A DNA stretch of 64,000 nt from an uncultured Gammaproteobacteria bacterium. Lineage in GTDB: Bacteria; Patescibacteriota; Patescibacteriia; UBA1558; 2-01-FULL-52-15. The number at the start of each line of letters is the position of its first letter. The first letter of the stretch is position 1. The stretch is from assembly GCA_964540995.1 (NCBI GenBank), contig CAZIOU010000003.1, positions 576-64,575 of the forward strand, written 5' to 3'. Below the pieces are notes generated by a model. That model saw only the letters and a list, made by a program, of their open reading frames with translations. It was not told the DNA's origin and ran no database searches. The translations under genes were made by a program, and so were the position numbers. Below, piece by piece: positions 18,317 to 28,699 of the stretch.

Positions 18317-19096
18317 TTAGCCGAGGTGAATTAGCGCATTATAATAGCCAATACCGACAGCGTGCTCGAAGCTAAGTGGCTGGACACTATAATTCTTGGT
18401 CTGTAGTAGACCGAGGGCCATGACGACCGGTCGTAGACCGCATATTGATTGGACCAAAGGATTATCGGTTGGGAGAGCTAGAAGTGCTTTGGTGTCATGA
18501 CGCTCAATCCAGGTGATTATCTTACGGTCGAGAGCGATAGCTTCAGCGTTAGACTGATTCTTGGTGTCATGACTAAGGTCGGCCGAGACAAGAACAGCTA
18601 CTCTTTGATTGGTCAGGTCGAGTGATTCGCGCCAGCGCTCACCGCAGGTATAGTGTGTTAGTAGATCCAATTCATGTGCCGTACCGACAGAAATTACGGG
18701 TATATTCCCAAGTATATCTAGTAAATGAAAGAGGGGTACTGAAGTGGCGTGATCGAGTTCACCGGTTTCTATGGCCACCATCGGAACGGCTGTTTCTATC
18801 GCTTGACGCAAGCTGTAGGCCAAACCGATATTGTTCTGCATCTGGCCATAGGGAGTGAGATCGCCAAAATCACGAAAGGTGACCGTCAAAGTAGTATTTT
18901 GATTGATACTCATGGTGCCAGCTGGAGCTTTGACATGCGGTGAAATAACCAAAATAGTCTCTGGCTTGGAAGCATAGAGTTCCTGTCGGATTTGTTTGAG
19001 ACCGGCCATGGTTGCCGCAATTTGATGGTCGGTGCCTTTTCCGATGGCCGGTATGGAGACGACCGGATGTGCCACGATAGCCGCGAAGCAAATCAT
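18317..19096 (-). CDS. LigB-family (class III extradiol dioxygenase / MEMO-like) protein
   Basis: 'IVAHPVVSIP' and 'ILVISPHVKAP' resemble LigB/DODA signatures; weak. Confidence 0.45.
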   Translation of the reverse strand: MICFAAIVAHPVVSIPAIGKGTDHQIAATMAGLKQIRQELYASKPETILVISPHVKAPAGTMSINQNTTLTVTFRDFGDLTPYGQMQNNIGLAYSLRQAIETAVPMVAIETGELDHATSVPLFHLLDILGNIPVISVGTAHELDLLTHYTCGERWRESLDLTNQRVAVLVSADLSHDTKNQSNAEAIALDRKIITWIERHDTKALLALPTDNPLVQSICGLRPVVMALGLLQTKNYSVQPLSFEHAVGIGYYNALIHLG

Positions 19097-19097
19097 G

Positions 19098-20492
19098 TTA
19101 GAAGATTATATCAGGACCTTGAGGGTGAAGATTCAGTACTTTGTCTGAGACAGTTATCACATTGGTAAACTTGTAGCCCAGCGCAGTGAAGGTCTTTTCA
19201 TCGGGGATACGAAGACGCATTCCATTGGAGACAACGAAGACATCGGGTATATCCTTGGCTTTAAGAAGCATTCCGTCTTTAAAGAAGATCGGATCACCAT
19301 CGGTGAAGCTTTCTAAGGTCTTCTGGCTAGCTGGATAGATCTTGACCTTGGGGTAATTGGCCTTGAGGAGTTCTCGGGCCCATATAGGATGTTTGATATT
19401 GGCTTCAACATAGTAAACACCTCCGGTCGTGCGATCTTGAAGTAAAGCACCGGTAGGATAATTATCGAGTTCAGTGATATCAGCACCGTCCGGAATAAGT
19501 GCTAGCTGTTCGGCTGTGATATCGTCAGCTTCGGCCGGATTGAAGCCAATCAACTTGAATACTTTGGGTGAGGCGATCTTGCGTTTGTACTGATCGGCGA
19601 TCATATAGTAGGTCTTGTCCGGGCCGACCACTAGCGAATTGGCAGCATAGCGGACAGGTTCACCGGTCTCATAAGCATCAATGTCAGTTTTTTCGACGGT
19701 TAAGATTTGAGTGGTGCTATAGCGCGAAGCAAAAGCAGCCTTAGTAGCAAAGAGACGCTTCTTACCGTCTTGGATTAGCCAGATATCTTTATCTTTCTTG
19801 ACTTGCAAGATGGAGCCATCGGGGAAGTGTGATTTGGCGAAATATTTATCCCACAGCGTCTTGAATAGCTCATTGCCGTGAAGATGAGGTGTGTAGGTGT
19901 AGAGAGCGGCGGTACTGACATTTTTGGGAGTGACGGTAGCGCATTTGCCATCGGCGCTGTTATTGCAGATGCGGTAGGTTTTGCCTGGCTGATAGTAATA
20001 TTCATCAATGTTATCTAAGTAGTAGCGGAATTGGGCAGCGGCACTGATAACTTGTTTATGGAAGCCGCGCCAACGTTCGGAGCAGGGCGCGGTGTCGGGA
20101 CAGCCATAACCGGCAGCATAATCGAGAGCTCGTTGACTGGGATTAGCAGAAGTCAGTAGACTTTGCTCTTTCTGGATCAGGATCAGGAGAAATTTGGGGT
20201 TGATCTGATATTGATGAGCGGCTCGATAGATCATCTCAGTCGCAGAGACTAAGCGACCCTCGCCAGTATCCATGAAGTAATTCTTCAAGAAGCTGCCGCT
20301 CTGATTCAAGAAGTCTAAAATGCCGGTTTGTGATAGAGCGTCGGCATTGGTAAGTTCGCTATCGGATATAAGATAGTTGTAGTCGACAGTCGAAGTCGTG
20401 GTTGAGGCTGTTTGCGCTTGAGCCGTATCTAACGGTAAGATACACACAGCGATGAGAATAAAAAGCGCGATAGCGCGGTTAAATTGATTCAT
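19098..20492 (-). CDS. secreted hypothetical protein (signal peptide)
   Basis: N-terminal 'MNQFNRAIALFILIAVCILPLDTAQA'. Confidence 0.55.
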   Translation of the reverse strand: MNQFNRAIALFILIAVCILPLDTAQAQTASTTTSTVDYNYLISDSELTNADALSQTGILDFLNQSGSFLKNYFMDTGEGRLVSATEMIYRAAHQYQINPKFLLILIQKEQSLLTSANPSQRALDYAAGYGCPDTAPCSERWRGFHKQVISAAAQFRYYLDNIDEYYYQPGKTYRICNNSADGKCATVTPKNVSTAALYTYTPHLHGNELFKTLWDKYFAKSHFPDGSILQVKKDKDIWLIQDGKKRLFATKAAFASRYSTTQILTVEKTDIDAYETGEPVRYAANSLVVGPDKTYYMIADQYKRKIASPKVFKLIGFNPAEADDITAEQLALIPDGADITELDNYPTGALLQDRTTGGVYYVEANIKHPIWARELLKANYPKVKIYPASQKTLESFTDGDPIFFKDGMLLKAKDIPDVFVVSNGMRLRIPDEKTFTALGYKFTNVITVSDKVLNLHPQGPDIIF

Positions 20493-20583
20493 GTTACAAA
20501 ATATTTATTATTCTACCACAGATAACGGTTGCTCTCAACCTTTTTCTTTACAATTATTTGATTTACTGGCATAATATCGAACT

Positions 20584-21144
20584 ATGTCTGATGCCTTACG
20601 ATTATTTATAGCTTTGGAGCCTGATAGTGGCGTTCAGAAGCAAGCAGCTAAGGAGTTTGCTCGCTTTGGTTTCGGTACTGAAGTCAAACCAACCGACAAG
20701 GAGCAGTTACACTCCACACTCAAATTTTGGAGTCATTTCCCACTTCAAGACCTGGCTCAACTCTTACAAGCATTAGAAGATGTGGCACAGCGTCATCCAG
20801 TGCTTACTTTGGATTTCAATCAGCCAGTAATCTTCGGCGGGCAACAAGCTCGTGTCCTAGCACTCGAAGCCGAGAAGAATGAGGAATTAGTTGATCTGTA
20901 TAATGATCTGGAGGAGACCTTGGTGGAATACGGCTTGGCTGACAGGGAAGGTAGATTGTTCCGCCCGCATCTGACATTGGCGCGAGTCAAAGATTATTTT
21001 ACTGAAGAAGACAGGCAGAAGTTTGAAGCTTGGAAGCCGGACATCTCGGCAGTCCATGAAGATTTGAAATTATATTCCAGTATTCTCACTCCCAAAGGAC
21101 CGGAGTATGATCAGTTGGGGAGTTTTCCGCTGCAGAATGAGTAA
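20584..21144 (+). CDS. thpR: RNA 2',3'-cyclic phosphodiesterase (2H phosphoesterase, LigT/ThpR)
   Basis: Two HxT/S motifs, 'HSTLKFW' and 'HLTLARV'. Short leader after a CATAAT-like -10. Confidence 0.8.
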   Translation: MSDALRLFIALEPDSGVQKQAAKEFARFGFGTEVKPTDKEQLHSTLKFWSHFPLQDLAQLLQALEDVAQRHPVLTLDFNQPVIFGGQQARVLALEAEKNEELVDLYNDLEETLVEYGLADREGRLFRPHLTLARVKDYFTEEDRQKFEAWKPDISAVHEDLKLYSSILTPKGPEYDQLGSFPLQNE

Positions 21145-21256
21145 TTTAATATCGTCTTTGCGAGAACGTCTGCGGGCAAAGCAATCTAGTATGCAGGAAA
21201 TTTCAAGCTAGACTGCCACGGCCTTGCTAGGCCTCGCAGAGACAGAATGAAAATAA

Positions 21257-21295
21257 ATCACCCCACCGACCAAAGTCGACGGGGTGTTTGTTATA
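21257..21295. terminator. bidirectional hairpin terminator
   Basis: CACCCCACCGAC-CAAA-GTCGACGGGGTG with U-rich flanks on both strands. Confidence 0.55.
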
Positions 21296-21306
21296 GAACG
21301 AATTAT

Positions 21307-21978
21307 CTACTTCTTCCCAGCTGGTGTCGGGAAGTAGCGAGCATAGGTCGCATCTTCAGGAATGAGCTTCGCCAGCTTGAAATCATCGAAGGCCTGCTTG
21401 AACTTGGCCTGAAGGGCTGGCAGCTCGATGCTAAGAGGATCAAGGTCGCTATCACGCCGCAGCTTGTCGAGCTCGATGGCTAGATTCTTGAGCTTACTCT
21501 CAGCCCGCATGTGCAGGACGGTCCAGTAGCTACTAACCACTTCAATGACTGAAATGTTCAGATGTTCAGCTACTGTCTTGACGATTGACTCGAGATTGTT
21601 AGTGCCGGCGTCATGGTTATCCATTGTTACAATTGAGGCAACATACATGACAACCAACAGCAATAAAATCGCAACAAACAACCAGCCATCGAAATTTTCC
21701 GGAACCATAATGAGCGGCGAGGCGAACCAAACGATGGCTGCAATTGTCGAGAGCATAGCCGAGTTCTGGCAAAAGTCATATATTGCCAGTGCTTCGAGCG
21801 GATCTTTTCCTTTGACGAGAAAATTTTTCCGCCAGTGTGAGTCTGGGGGCAGTACGATACCTGCCTTTTTGAGATCACGTTCCAATGACATGTGAAAGAA
21901 CCTCTGCTGCTGTGAAGAATCAATGGGTGCTTCCGGCACCGTCTGATAGAGGCTTCCGGCCACGATCAGAACCTTCAT
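21307..21978 (-). CDS. hypothetical 2-TM membrane protein
   Basis: 223-aa ORF with a central pair of hydrophobic helices. Confidence 0.5.
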   Translation of the reverse strand: MKVLIVAGSLYQTVPEAPIDSSQQQRFFHMSLERDLKKAGIVLPPDSHWRKNFLVKGKDPLEALAIYDFCQNSAMLSTIAAIVWFASPLIMVPENFDGWLFVAILLLLVVMYVASIVTMDNHDAGTNNLESIVKTVAEHLNISVIEVVSSYWTVLHMRAESKLKNLAIELDKLRRDSDLDPLSIELPALQAKFKQAFDDFKLAKLIPEDATYARYFPTPAGKK

Positions 21979-22039
21979 TGATGATACCGTAGCAGCGACG
22001 GTAATAGAGGATAATTACCACGATTATCACTAAATGTCA

Positions 22040-22510
22040 AATATAGGGTAATACTCAAGTTTCAATAATCAATAGCCAAACAATAATAAATAATTAAGTT
22101 AAAATGCAGAAAACGTTAAAGAATGAGTTTAAATATTGATTATTTCTGCGTTGAATATTGTTTGCCTGCCCGTCTTGGCAAGCCAAAGGCGCGTCGGGCG
22201 GGGAATTTGAGTATTGTTTATTGAATATTTATAAGCTAGACTGCTTCGTCGACCAAGCTCGCCTCGCAGAGACAGAGACTGCTTTGTTTATTGAATATTG
22301 GACCTTTCTCTGGTATCTTTAGCCCAGAATAGACAATAATTATCAATATTCAAGCCACAATAGTCAAACAATAATCTCAGCCAAAGGCTGATCGTCCTCT
22401 GGACGAAAACAATAACTAATAATCAATTTTCAATAGAAGAAAAATACATAAAGAGTTTGAATATTGATTATTTCTGTATTGAATATTGTTTGTAACTTGA
22501 GTATTGTTTA
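22040..22510 (+). repeat. 470-bp AT-rich non-coding region packed with TTGAATATTG / CAATATTCAA motifs and two about 40-bp direct repeats
   Basis: GAGTTT(G/A)AATATTGATTATTTCTG..TTGAATATTGTTTG at 22125-22165 and 22453-22493. GAGTATTGTTTATTGAATATT at 22209 and 22500, the latter abutting the tagA ATG. Confidence 0.6.
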
Positions 22511-23239
22511 TTGAATATTATGAAAAAGATTGAGCTCCTCGGAGTCAAAATAGCTACGCTAGAGCCAACCGAAATCGATAGCACTTTGGCTGATTTTTTG
22601 CATACACCTGGTCTCAAACAGATTGTCACGGTTAATCCAGAATTTCTCGTTACAGCTCAAGAAGACAGTGAATTCAAAGCTATTCTGAACTCGGCTGATC
22701 TGGCCTTGCCGGACGGTGTCGGCATCATCTACGTCAGTAAAATATTAGGAAAGAAAATTTCACGAACCAATAGAATGACAGGTGTGGAGCTGACGCACTC
22801 ACTACTGAAGCTGGCTGAAGCTGAACAAAAAACCGTGGAGATCGTTTTGCCCGCCAATGCACTTTCAACCCAAGAAGAAATTTTAATCAACGTGAAAAAA
22901 CTGAATCCCCAGAGCATCGTTAAAGTTATTGCAGCTGCAGATGTCCAAGAACAATCACCACGAGCAGATATAATCTTCGTAGCGCTGGGAGCTCCGGAGC
23001 AAGAGAAGTGGATTTGGAGTCAGCGAGAGAAATTATTGGGCACGAAGATTGCCGTCGGAGTAGGGGGGACGTTTGACTTCATATCTGGTAAAATACCAAG
23101 AGCACCACAGTGGCTGCGTTCTCTGGGCTTGGAATGGCTCTATCGCCTCTACCAAGAGCCAAGGAGAAGGTTTAAGCGCATTATACGGGCGGTTATCGTG
23201 TTTCCGTGGCTCGTACTCACTAAGAGTAATAATCAATAA
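22511..23239 (+). CDS. WecB/TagA/CpsF-family glycosyltransferase
   Basis: 'LLGVKI', 'VTVNPEF', 'LPDGVGI'. Confidence 0.85.
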   Translation: MNIMKKIELLGVKIATLEPTEIDSTLADFLHTPGLKQIVTVNPEFLVTAQEDSEFKAILNSADLALPDGVGIIYVSKILGKKISRTNRMTGVELTHSLLKLAEAEQKTVEIVLPANALSTQEEILINVKKLNPQSIVKVIAAADVQEQSPRADIIFVALGAPEQEKWIWSQREKLLGTKIAVGVGGTFDFISGKIPRAPQWLRSLGLEWLYRLYQEPRRRFKRIIRAVIVFPWLVLTKSNNQ

Positions 23240-23366
23240 TCAAATTCCAATTTACAAACAATATTTAATCTTCAAATCCCAAACAGCAATGCTTTTAGGT
23301 TTGTCTGTATTGAATATTTGATATTGTTTGGCACTTGATTATTGAGTCTTGAAATTTCATTTTTGT

Positions 23367-24806
23367 ATGTCAAAAATTGTAACCCGCTTCGCACCATCAC
23401 CCACCGGCTATCTTCATCTCGGCGGTCTTCGTACTGCCTTGTATTCCTATCTGTGGGCCAAGAAGCACGATGGCCAATTTATCCTCCGTATCGAAGATAC
23501 TGATCAGAAACGTAAAGTGGAGGGCGCAGAAGAGCAATTAATCGGCGTTTTGAGTCAGTTGGGTATGAAACATGATCAATTATTCCGTCAGTCCGATCGA
23601 CTGGATCTCTATCGTGAAGCGGCCGAGAAGCTAATTGCTTCTGGCCATGCCTATCGCTGTTACTGCAGTGAAGAGCGCCTCGAAGAATTACGAGCGCGTC
23701 AGACAGCTGAACATCAGGTGCCACGCTATGACGGCCGTTGCCGTTCGCTATCGGCCGAAGAAATTCAATCGCAGGCTGGCAAGCCGAGTGTGGTCCGTTT
23801 CCGTATGCCTGACAATCGTGTCATCACGATGAGAGACTTTATTCGTGGCACTATTACCGTGAAAAGTGAAGATTTAGACGATTTCATCTTGCTCAAGTCT
23901 GATACCTGGCCTACCTACCATCTAGCGGTCGTTGTGGATGATTCTTCTATGGGAGTGACACACATCATCCGAGGAGATGAGTGGTTGTCGTCGCTACCCA
24001 AGCATCAATTACTGTATGAAGCTTTTGGTTTAGAAGTACCAACGTTCGTGCATCTGCCGTTATTACTCAATCCTGACAAATCGAAACTGTCCAAACGTCA
24101 GGGCGATGTGGCGGTGGAAGATTATCTGGCTAAGGGTTATCTCAAAGTAGCTCTGATCAACTACGTGTCGTTACTTGGCTGGCATGCTTCTAGCGATGAA
24201 GAGTTTTTTACCTTGGAACAATTGATCAAGGAATTCGATCTAGATCGTCTGCAGAAATCGGGTGCCGTCTTTGATGTCGAGAAACTTAATTGGTATAACA
24301 GTCATTATATTCGTCAGGCGGTTGAGCAAAATATTCCGGCGTATTACCAAGAGGTACTGGCTTTCGTCCGAGCCAACGTCTTGCCTGGAGTCGACGAGTC
24401 ACTGATGGAGAAGATTGTTAAAGTGTATTCGCCTCGTTTAGAGTATTTGATGTTATTAAAAGATCGTTGTAGCTATATTTTTGAATTGCCTGACTATCCG
24501 GCGGAGATGTTAGTTTTCAAGAAAAGCACCAAAGAAGTTACCACTAAGGGTTTACACGCTGTTATCAAAGCTTTGACCGACGTCAATGTGACATGGTGGG
24601 TGGCGGTAGAACAGTTAGATTCTTTATTGAAAGAAGTTGTTACCATGGAGGGATTAACCTTCGGCGATGTCTTATGGCCAGTGCGAGTTGCTTTGAGTGG
24701 TGTAGAGCAGAGCCCATCACCGGCAGAATTGGCCTGGATCTTGGGTCGTGATGAATCATTGCGTCGTTTACAGTTGGCTAGCGACAAGCTGGGAACTATG
24801 GTATAA
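23367..24806 (+). CDS. gltX: glutamate--tRNA ligase
   Basis: 'RFAPSPTGYLHLGG' HIGH region, 'KLSKRQG' KMSKS region. Start moved to the MSKIV Met. Confidence 0.95.
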   Translation: MSKIVTRFAPSPTGYLHLGGLRTALYSYLWAKKHDGQFILRIEDTDQKRKVEGAEEQLIGVLSQLGMKHDQLFRQSDRLDLYREAAEKLIASGHAYRCYCSEERLEELRARQTAEHQVPRYDGRCRSLSAEEIQSQAGKPSVVRFRMPDNRVITMRDFIRGTITVKSEDLDDFILLKSDTWPTYHLAVVVDDSSMGVTHIIRGDEWLSSLPKHQLLYEAFGLEVPTFVHLPLLLNPDKSKLSKRQGDVAVEDYLAKGYLKVALINYVSLLGWHASSDEEFFTLEQLIKEFDLDRLQKSGAVFDVEKLNWYNSHYIRQAVEQNIPAYYQEVLAFVRANVLPGVDESLMEKIVKVYSPRLEYLMLLKDRCSYIFELPDYPAEMLVFKKSTKEVTTKGLHAVIKALTDVNVTWWVAVEQLDSLLKEVVTMEGLTFGDVLWPVRVALSGVEQSPSPAELAWILGRDESLRRLQLASDKLGTMV

Positions 24807-24828
24807 TAGTTTCATCTTGCTTGTCAGA

Positions 24829-26097
24829 ATGAAAACAAAAAAATTGTACCCAACCATTATTAAATTTTTGAAGCCCAGCATCGGGTTGATGTTGGTTTTT
24901 TTGTTTAGCGTTAGCCCAATTGTCCAAGCAGCCACGACGTCGTTGTCGCTGGATAATGCCGCTGATCAAGAAATTTGGCAGCTCAATCAGCAGATAAATG
25001 ACAAAAAGAAGGCCATTGATGATTTGAAACGACAAGCGGAGATTTACCGCAAGGCCGTAGCGCAGAAACAAGCCAAAGTCTCGACACTTACCAATCAATT
25101 GACGCAGATCAATTCCACTATTGCGCGTGTCAGCTTGGAGATTGATTCGCTGGAGCTGCAGATGGACGAAGTTAACCTCCGTTTGGAGTCGACTAAGTTG
25201 AAAATATCGGCCAAAGAAAAGGAAATTCAAGATCAGAAGGGTCGCCTAGCTGATCTGATACGAGCTTTGGATGATCGCTATCAAGAGAATGCTATGGTTA
25301 TGATGTTGGCGACAAGTGACAGCCTCGGTGACTATATGGACAATCTGCAAACCTTGCAGAATTTGCAACACGATCTTTATAATAACCTTGATCAGATGAA
25401 CAATCTCAAGATTGCTTTGGTCTCGGACCAGAATCAACTGACCGATAGCAAGAAAGATCTGGACAGTCTGCGGGAGAATTTGGATGGTAAGGTTGATCAA
25501 CTACAATCCCAGAAGGATGTCAAAAGTAATCTCATCGTCAATACCAAGGGTGAAGAAGCCAAATATCAGAAACTGTTAGCCCAAGCCAAAGCAGAAGCTG
25601 ATAAAATTGATAGCGATATTACCAATCTAGAGAAGGTCGCTCGTGAAAAGTTACAACGACAAGTAACCAAGGGAGATGTCTTGGGAGGAGATGAGGCTTT
25701 TGCCTGGCCGGTACCATCACATATTGTTAATGCCTATTTCCACGATCCTGATTACCCTTTTCGCAATGTTTTCGAGCATTCCGGTGTCGACCTGAAGGCC
25801 AAGCAGGGCACCGAAGTGCGCGCGGCCAAGTCAGGCTATGTCGCCAAGGCCAAGAATGCCGGCATGGGCTACAGCTATGTGATTTTGGTGCATGACAATC
25901 AATTATCTACTGTCTACGGTCATTTGAGTAAGATTTTGGTCAAAGATGATAATTTCGTTAATCAAGGTCAGATTATCGGTTATTCTGGTGGCACCCCTCA
26001 TACTCCTGGAGCAGGCCCGTTCGTCACTGGTCCGCATTTACATTTTGAAGTTCGATTGAACGGTATCCCTGTCAACCCACTCAATTATTTACCTTAG
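24829..26097 (+). CDS. coiled-coil M23 peptidase (EnvC-like murein hydrolase activator)
   Basis: Signal peptide after Met at 24829, an extended -10 TGgTATAAT at 24799-24807 inside the gltX 3' end, a long coiled-coil, and C-terminal 'TGPHLHFEV'. Confidence 0.85.
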   Translation: MKTKKLYPTIIKFLKPSIGLMLVFLFSVSPIVQAATTSLSLDNAADQEIWQLNQQINDKKKAIDDLKRQAEIYRKAVAQKQAKVSTLTNQLTQINSTIARVSLEIDSLELQMDEVNLRLESTKLKISAKEKEIQDQKGRLADLIRALDDRYQENAMVMMLATSDSLGDYMDNLQTLQNLQHDLYNNLDQMNNLKIALVSDQNQLTDSKKDLDSLRENLDGKVDQLQSQKDVKSNLIVNTKGEEAKYQKLLAQAKAEADKIDSDITNLEKVAREKLQRQVTKGDVLGGDEAFAWPVPSHIVNAYFHDPDYPFRNVFEHSGVDLKAKQGTEVRAAKSGYVAKAKNAGMGYSYVILVHDNQLSTVYGHLSKILVKDDNFVNQGQIIGYSGGTPHTPGAGPFVTGPHLHFEVRLNGIPVNPLNYLP

Positions 26098-26132
26098 TCG
26101 TCGATGACCCGAGTCATGACGCTTGTCATAGG

Positions 26133-26672
26133 ATGAAGACGTTAGCTCGCTCGGTTTTATTGTTATTGGCCCTTCTGGGGCTGTTTAGTTTCTTTACTGC
26201 TGGTCGAGCACAGAATGTATTGTCTAGTGCTTCTGTACCTTCGGAGACAGAGTTTCAAAAGCTGCAATACTGCCTGAAGGATAGTGATTGTCAGATTGTA
26301 CGCTGGGACGATTGTACGCAATGTTCTTATTCACGGGCAGTCAATAGTCGTTGGGCCAACTATTTTCACGACAACGCTGATTACTACCAATATCCTATCA
26401 GCTTCAATACCTATTATTGCCAAGCGTTGATCAAATTACCTACCACTACGGTAACTACGACGAAACCCGCCCCACGGCCGGTCACCTGTCAGGACGAATT
26501 CCAGTCAGAGCAAGTAATCGGTAGCGGCTGCGATAGTTTCATTCATCAATGTTATGCCAAGTGCAAAGATTTGTTGGGTAGAACCCATAAGTGCACCTTT
26601 GACTCCTATTTGCAACGACTAACTGATACCTACGTGCCTCAATTAATAGTCCCTACGCATGAAGCCAAGTAG
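26133..26672 (+). CDS. secreted Cys-rich hypothetical protein
   Basis: Signal peptide and about 14 cysteines. Confidence 0.5.
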   Translation: MKTLARSVLLLLALLGLFSFFTAGRAQNVLSSASVPSETEFQKLQYCLKDSDCQIVRWDDCTQCSYSRAVNSRWANYFHDNADYYQYPISFNTYYCQALIKLPTTTVTTTKPAPRPVTCQDEFQSEQVIGSGCDSFIHQCYAKCKDLLGRTHKCTFDSYLQRLTDTYVPQLIVPTHEAK

Positions 26673-28320
26673 AGGCTTTAGCTTACATTTTATCTTGCTC
26701 TTGTTGTTCTATTTTTTTGCTTTGTTGCCCTTATTTTTTTTCTTGAGCAACACGTTTCAGCCTGACGTCATCCTGCAGCTAAGCCGTGAAGGTGTGGTTT
26801 CAACCACGGGGAGCGAACAGCTAGTCGCCCTGTATCAGCAGTTGCAATCACGACAAGATTCTCTGCTTCTGTGGTTCGGCATCTATGTGCTGGTAGTGAG
26901 CGGCTTGATCATCGTAATTGCTCGGCAGATTACACGACCACTCCGTGACCTCGAACGTCAAGCTACTACCATGGCACAAGGAAATCTGGGCTCAGCTATA
27001 CGCGCTGGGGGCAGTCTGATACCACTGCGGGAGGCGCATCATGTGGCCGCCGCACTCGAAAGCGCTCGTGTCAAAATCTTGCAGTCTTATCAAGAGTTGG
27101 AGTCGCAAGTAGCCGAGCGCACGTGGGATTTGCAGGTCAAAGTCCATCAATTGAGTCAGGCCGAGCAGCGTATCCAAGCGTCTAATAAAGCTCTAGCAGA
27201 ATCATTAGCCGTTAACCAGCGTCAGAGAGTGGTGCTGCAAGATGTGTTGGACAACATGCCGGTCGGAGTCATGATTAGTCGTGCTGCCAATGGTCCCGTG
27301 GAATTTATCAATCGGCGAGCTGGAGAGCTGCTCGATGGTAATAAGCGTGGCGGTGATTATGCTGAACGCTATCAGATCTATCAGGTGGATCAGAAAACTC
27401 TTTACGACGCTAGTCAATTGCCGATTAATGCTAGCTTCGGTAGCAAGAAAGGCAGCTACAAAGAAGATCTATTTGCCCGCCGACCAGACGGCAACTTTAT
27501 CCAGCTCTACGCTCAATCGTCAGTATTATACGATAAGATAGGGCAGGTGGAGCTGACGATTATGATTTTTGACGACATTACTGCTCGCAAAGAAATTGAG
27601 CGCCAGAAGTCGGAGTTTGTCTCGGTAGCTTCACATCAATTACGTACACCACTTACTGGAGTGAAGTGGTTTGCGGAGTTATTATTGGATAAACGGAGCG
27701 GCAAGTTATCTGAAAAACAGCGTTCCTTCGCCGATAATATCTTACAATCAACTGAACGGCTGATTAGTTTGGTCAATGATCTGCTCAATGTTTCTCGCAT
27801 CGAGTCGCATCGAGTCGCGATCACTCCGGAGCCGGTGGATATCAAGAAGTTGCTCGAGAACCTGCAGTTGCAGCTGACGCCCCTATGGACGGCTCGACAG
27901 CAAACCGTCAAGCTGGAGTCGCCAGAACGCGTACCACTGATCTCTCTCGACCCTAAGTTTATCGCGGAAGCCTTCACCAATCTTTTGTCCAACGCTATCA
28001 AATATTCTCCCGATGGAAGCATTATTCATATAGCGATTGAATTGCGACCCTCTGATGTGCTGATAACGGTTAGTGATCAGGGTCTGGGTATACCGATGGC
28101 CGACCAGTCTAAGCTATTTACCAAATTTTTCCGGGCTGATAATGTAGTGAAGAAGGAGACCGAAGGCACGGGTTTGGGATTGTATGTGACGAAGCGAATT
28201 ATCGAAGCTTCTGGTGGTACTATTTCTTTCCAATCAGCAGAAAATAAAGGCACACAATTTTTCATCACCTTACCATTGACCGGAAGTCCAATGATTAAAG
28301 GTGAAAAACAACTAATTTAA
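26659..28320 (+). CDS. sensor histidine kinase (2 TM, PAS-like, HisKA, HATPase_c)
   Basis: H-box 'SHQLRTPLT'; N, G1 and G2 boxes 'LLSNAIKYS', 'DQGLGI', 'GTGLGL'. Confidence 0.9.
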   Translation: MKPSRGFSLHFILLLLFYFFALLPLFFFLSNTFQPDVILQLSREGVVSTTGSEQLVALYQQLQSRQDSLLLWFGIYVLVVSGLIIVIARQITRPLRDLERQATTMAQGNLGSAIRAGGSLIPLREAHHVAAALESARVKILQSYQELESQVAERTWDLQVKVHQLSQAEQRIQASNKALAESLAVNQRQRVVLQDVLDNMPVGVMISRAANGPVEFINRRAGELLDGNKRGGDYAERYQIYQVDQKTLYDASQLPINASFGSKKGSYKEDLFARRPDGNFIQLYAQSSVLYDKIGQVELTIMIFDDITARKEIERQKSEFVSVASHQLRTPLTGVKWFAELLLDKRSGKLSEKQRSFADNILQSTERLISLVNDLLNVSRIESHRVAITPEPVDIKKLLENLQLQLTPLWTARQQTVKLESPERVPLISLDPKFIAEAFTNLLSNAIKYSPDGSIIHIAIELRPSDVLITVSDQGLGIPMADQSKLFTKFFRADNVVKKETEGTGLGLYVTKRIIEASGGTISFQSAENKGTQFFITLPLTGSPMIKGEKQLI

Positions 28321-28321
28321 T

Positions 28322-28699
28322 ATGTCTACATCAACCATCAAAGTATTGGTAGTCGAGGACGATCCCTTCTTGTCCAAAGTTTACGAGAGTTCCTTCGCGG
28401 AAGCTGGCTACACTATGGCCTTTGCCCACGACGGTGAAGAAGCGCTCGATCAGATCGGTAGCTTTCATCCTGACGTAGTGTTATTGGATCTCGTCATGCC
28501 CAAGAAAGATGGCTTCGAAGTTTTGGAGGCGGTCAAAGCTAACCCGGCCTTGGCGGGCATTAAGATTGTCGTCTTGAGTAATCTGGGACAGCCTGAGGAT
28601 AAAGCGAAATGTTTGGCTTTGGGTGCTGTCGACTATTTGATTAAGACGGATATTGCCATCTTGGATTTGGTGGCTAAAGTCAAAACCTATGTTAGCTGA
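28322..28699 (+). CDS. single-domain response regulator (CheY-like receiver)
   Basis: 'VLVVEDD', 'LLDLVMP', 'K..VLS'. Confidence 0.9.
   Translation: MSTSTIKVLVVEDDPFLSKVYESSFAEAGYTMAFAHDGEEALDQIGSFHPDVVLLDLVMPKKDGFEVLEAVKANPALAGIKIVVLSNLGQPEDKAKCLALGAVDYLIKTDIAILDLVAKVKTYVS

Noticed and set aside
21545-21923. 116-aa plus-strand and 98-aa minus-strand internal ORFs within the 21307-21978 gene.
   Set aside because: Nested within a longer ORF that has TM helices and a sensible start; no independent signals.
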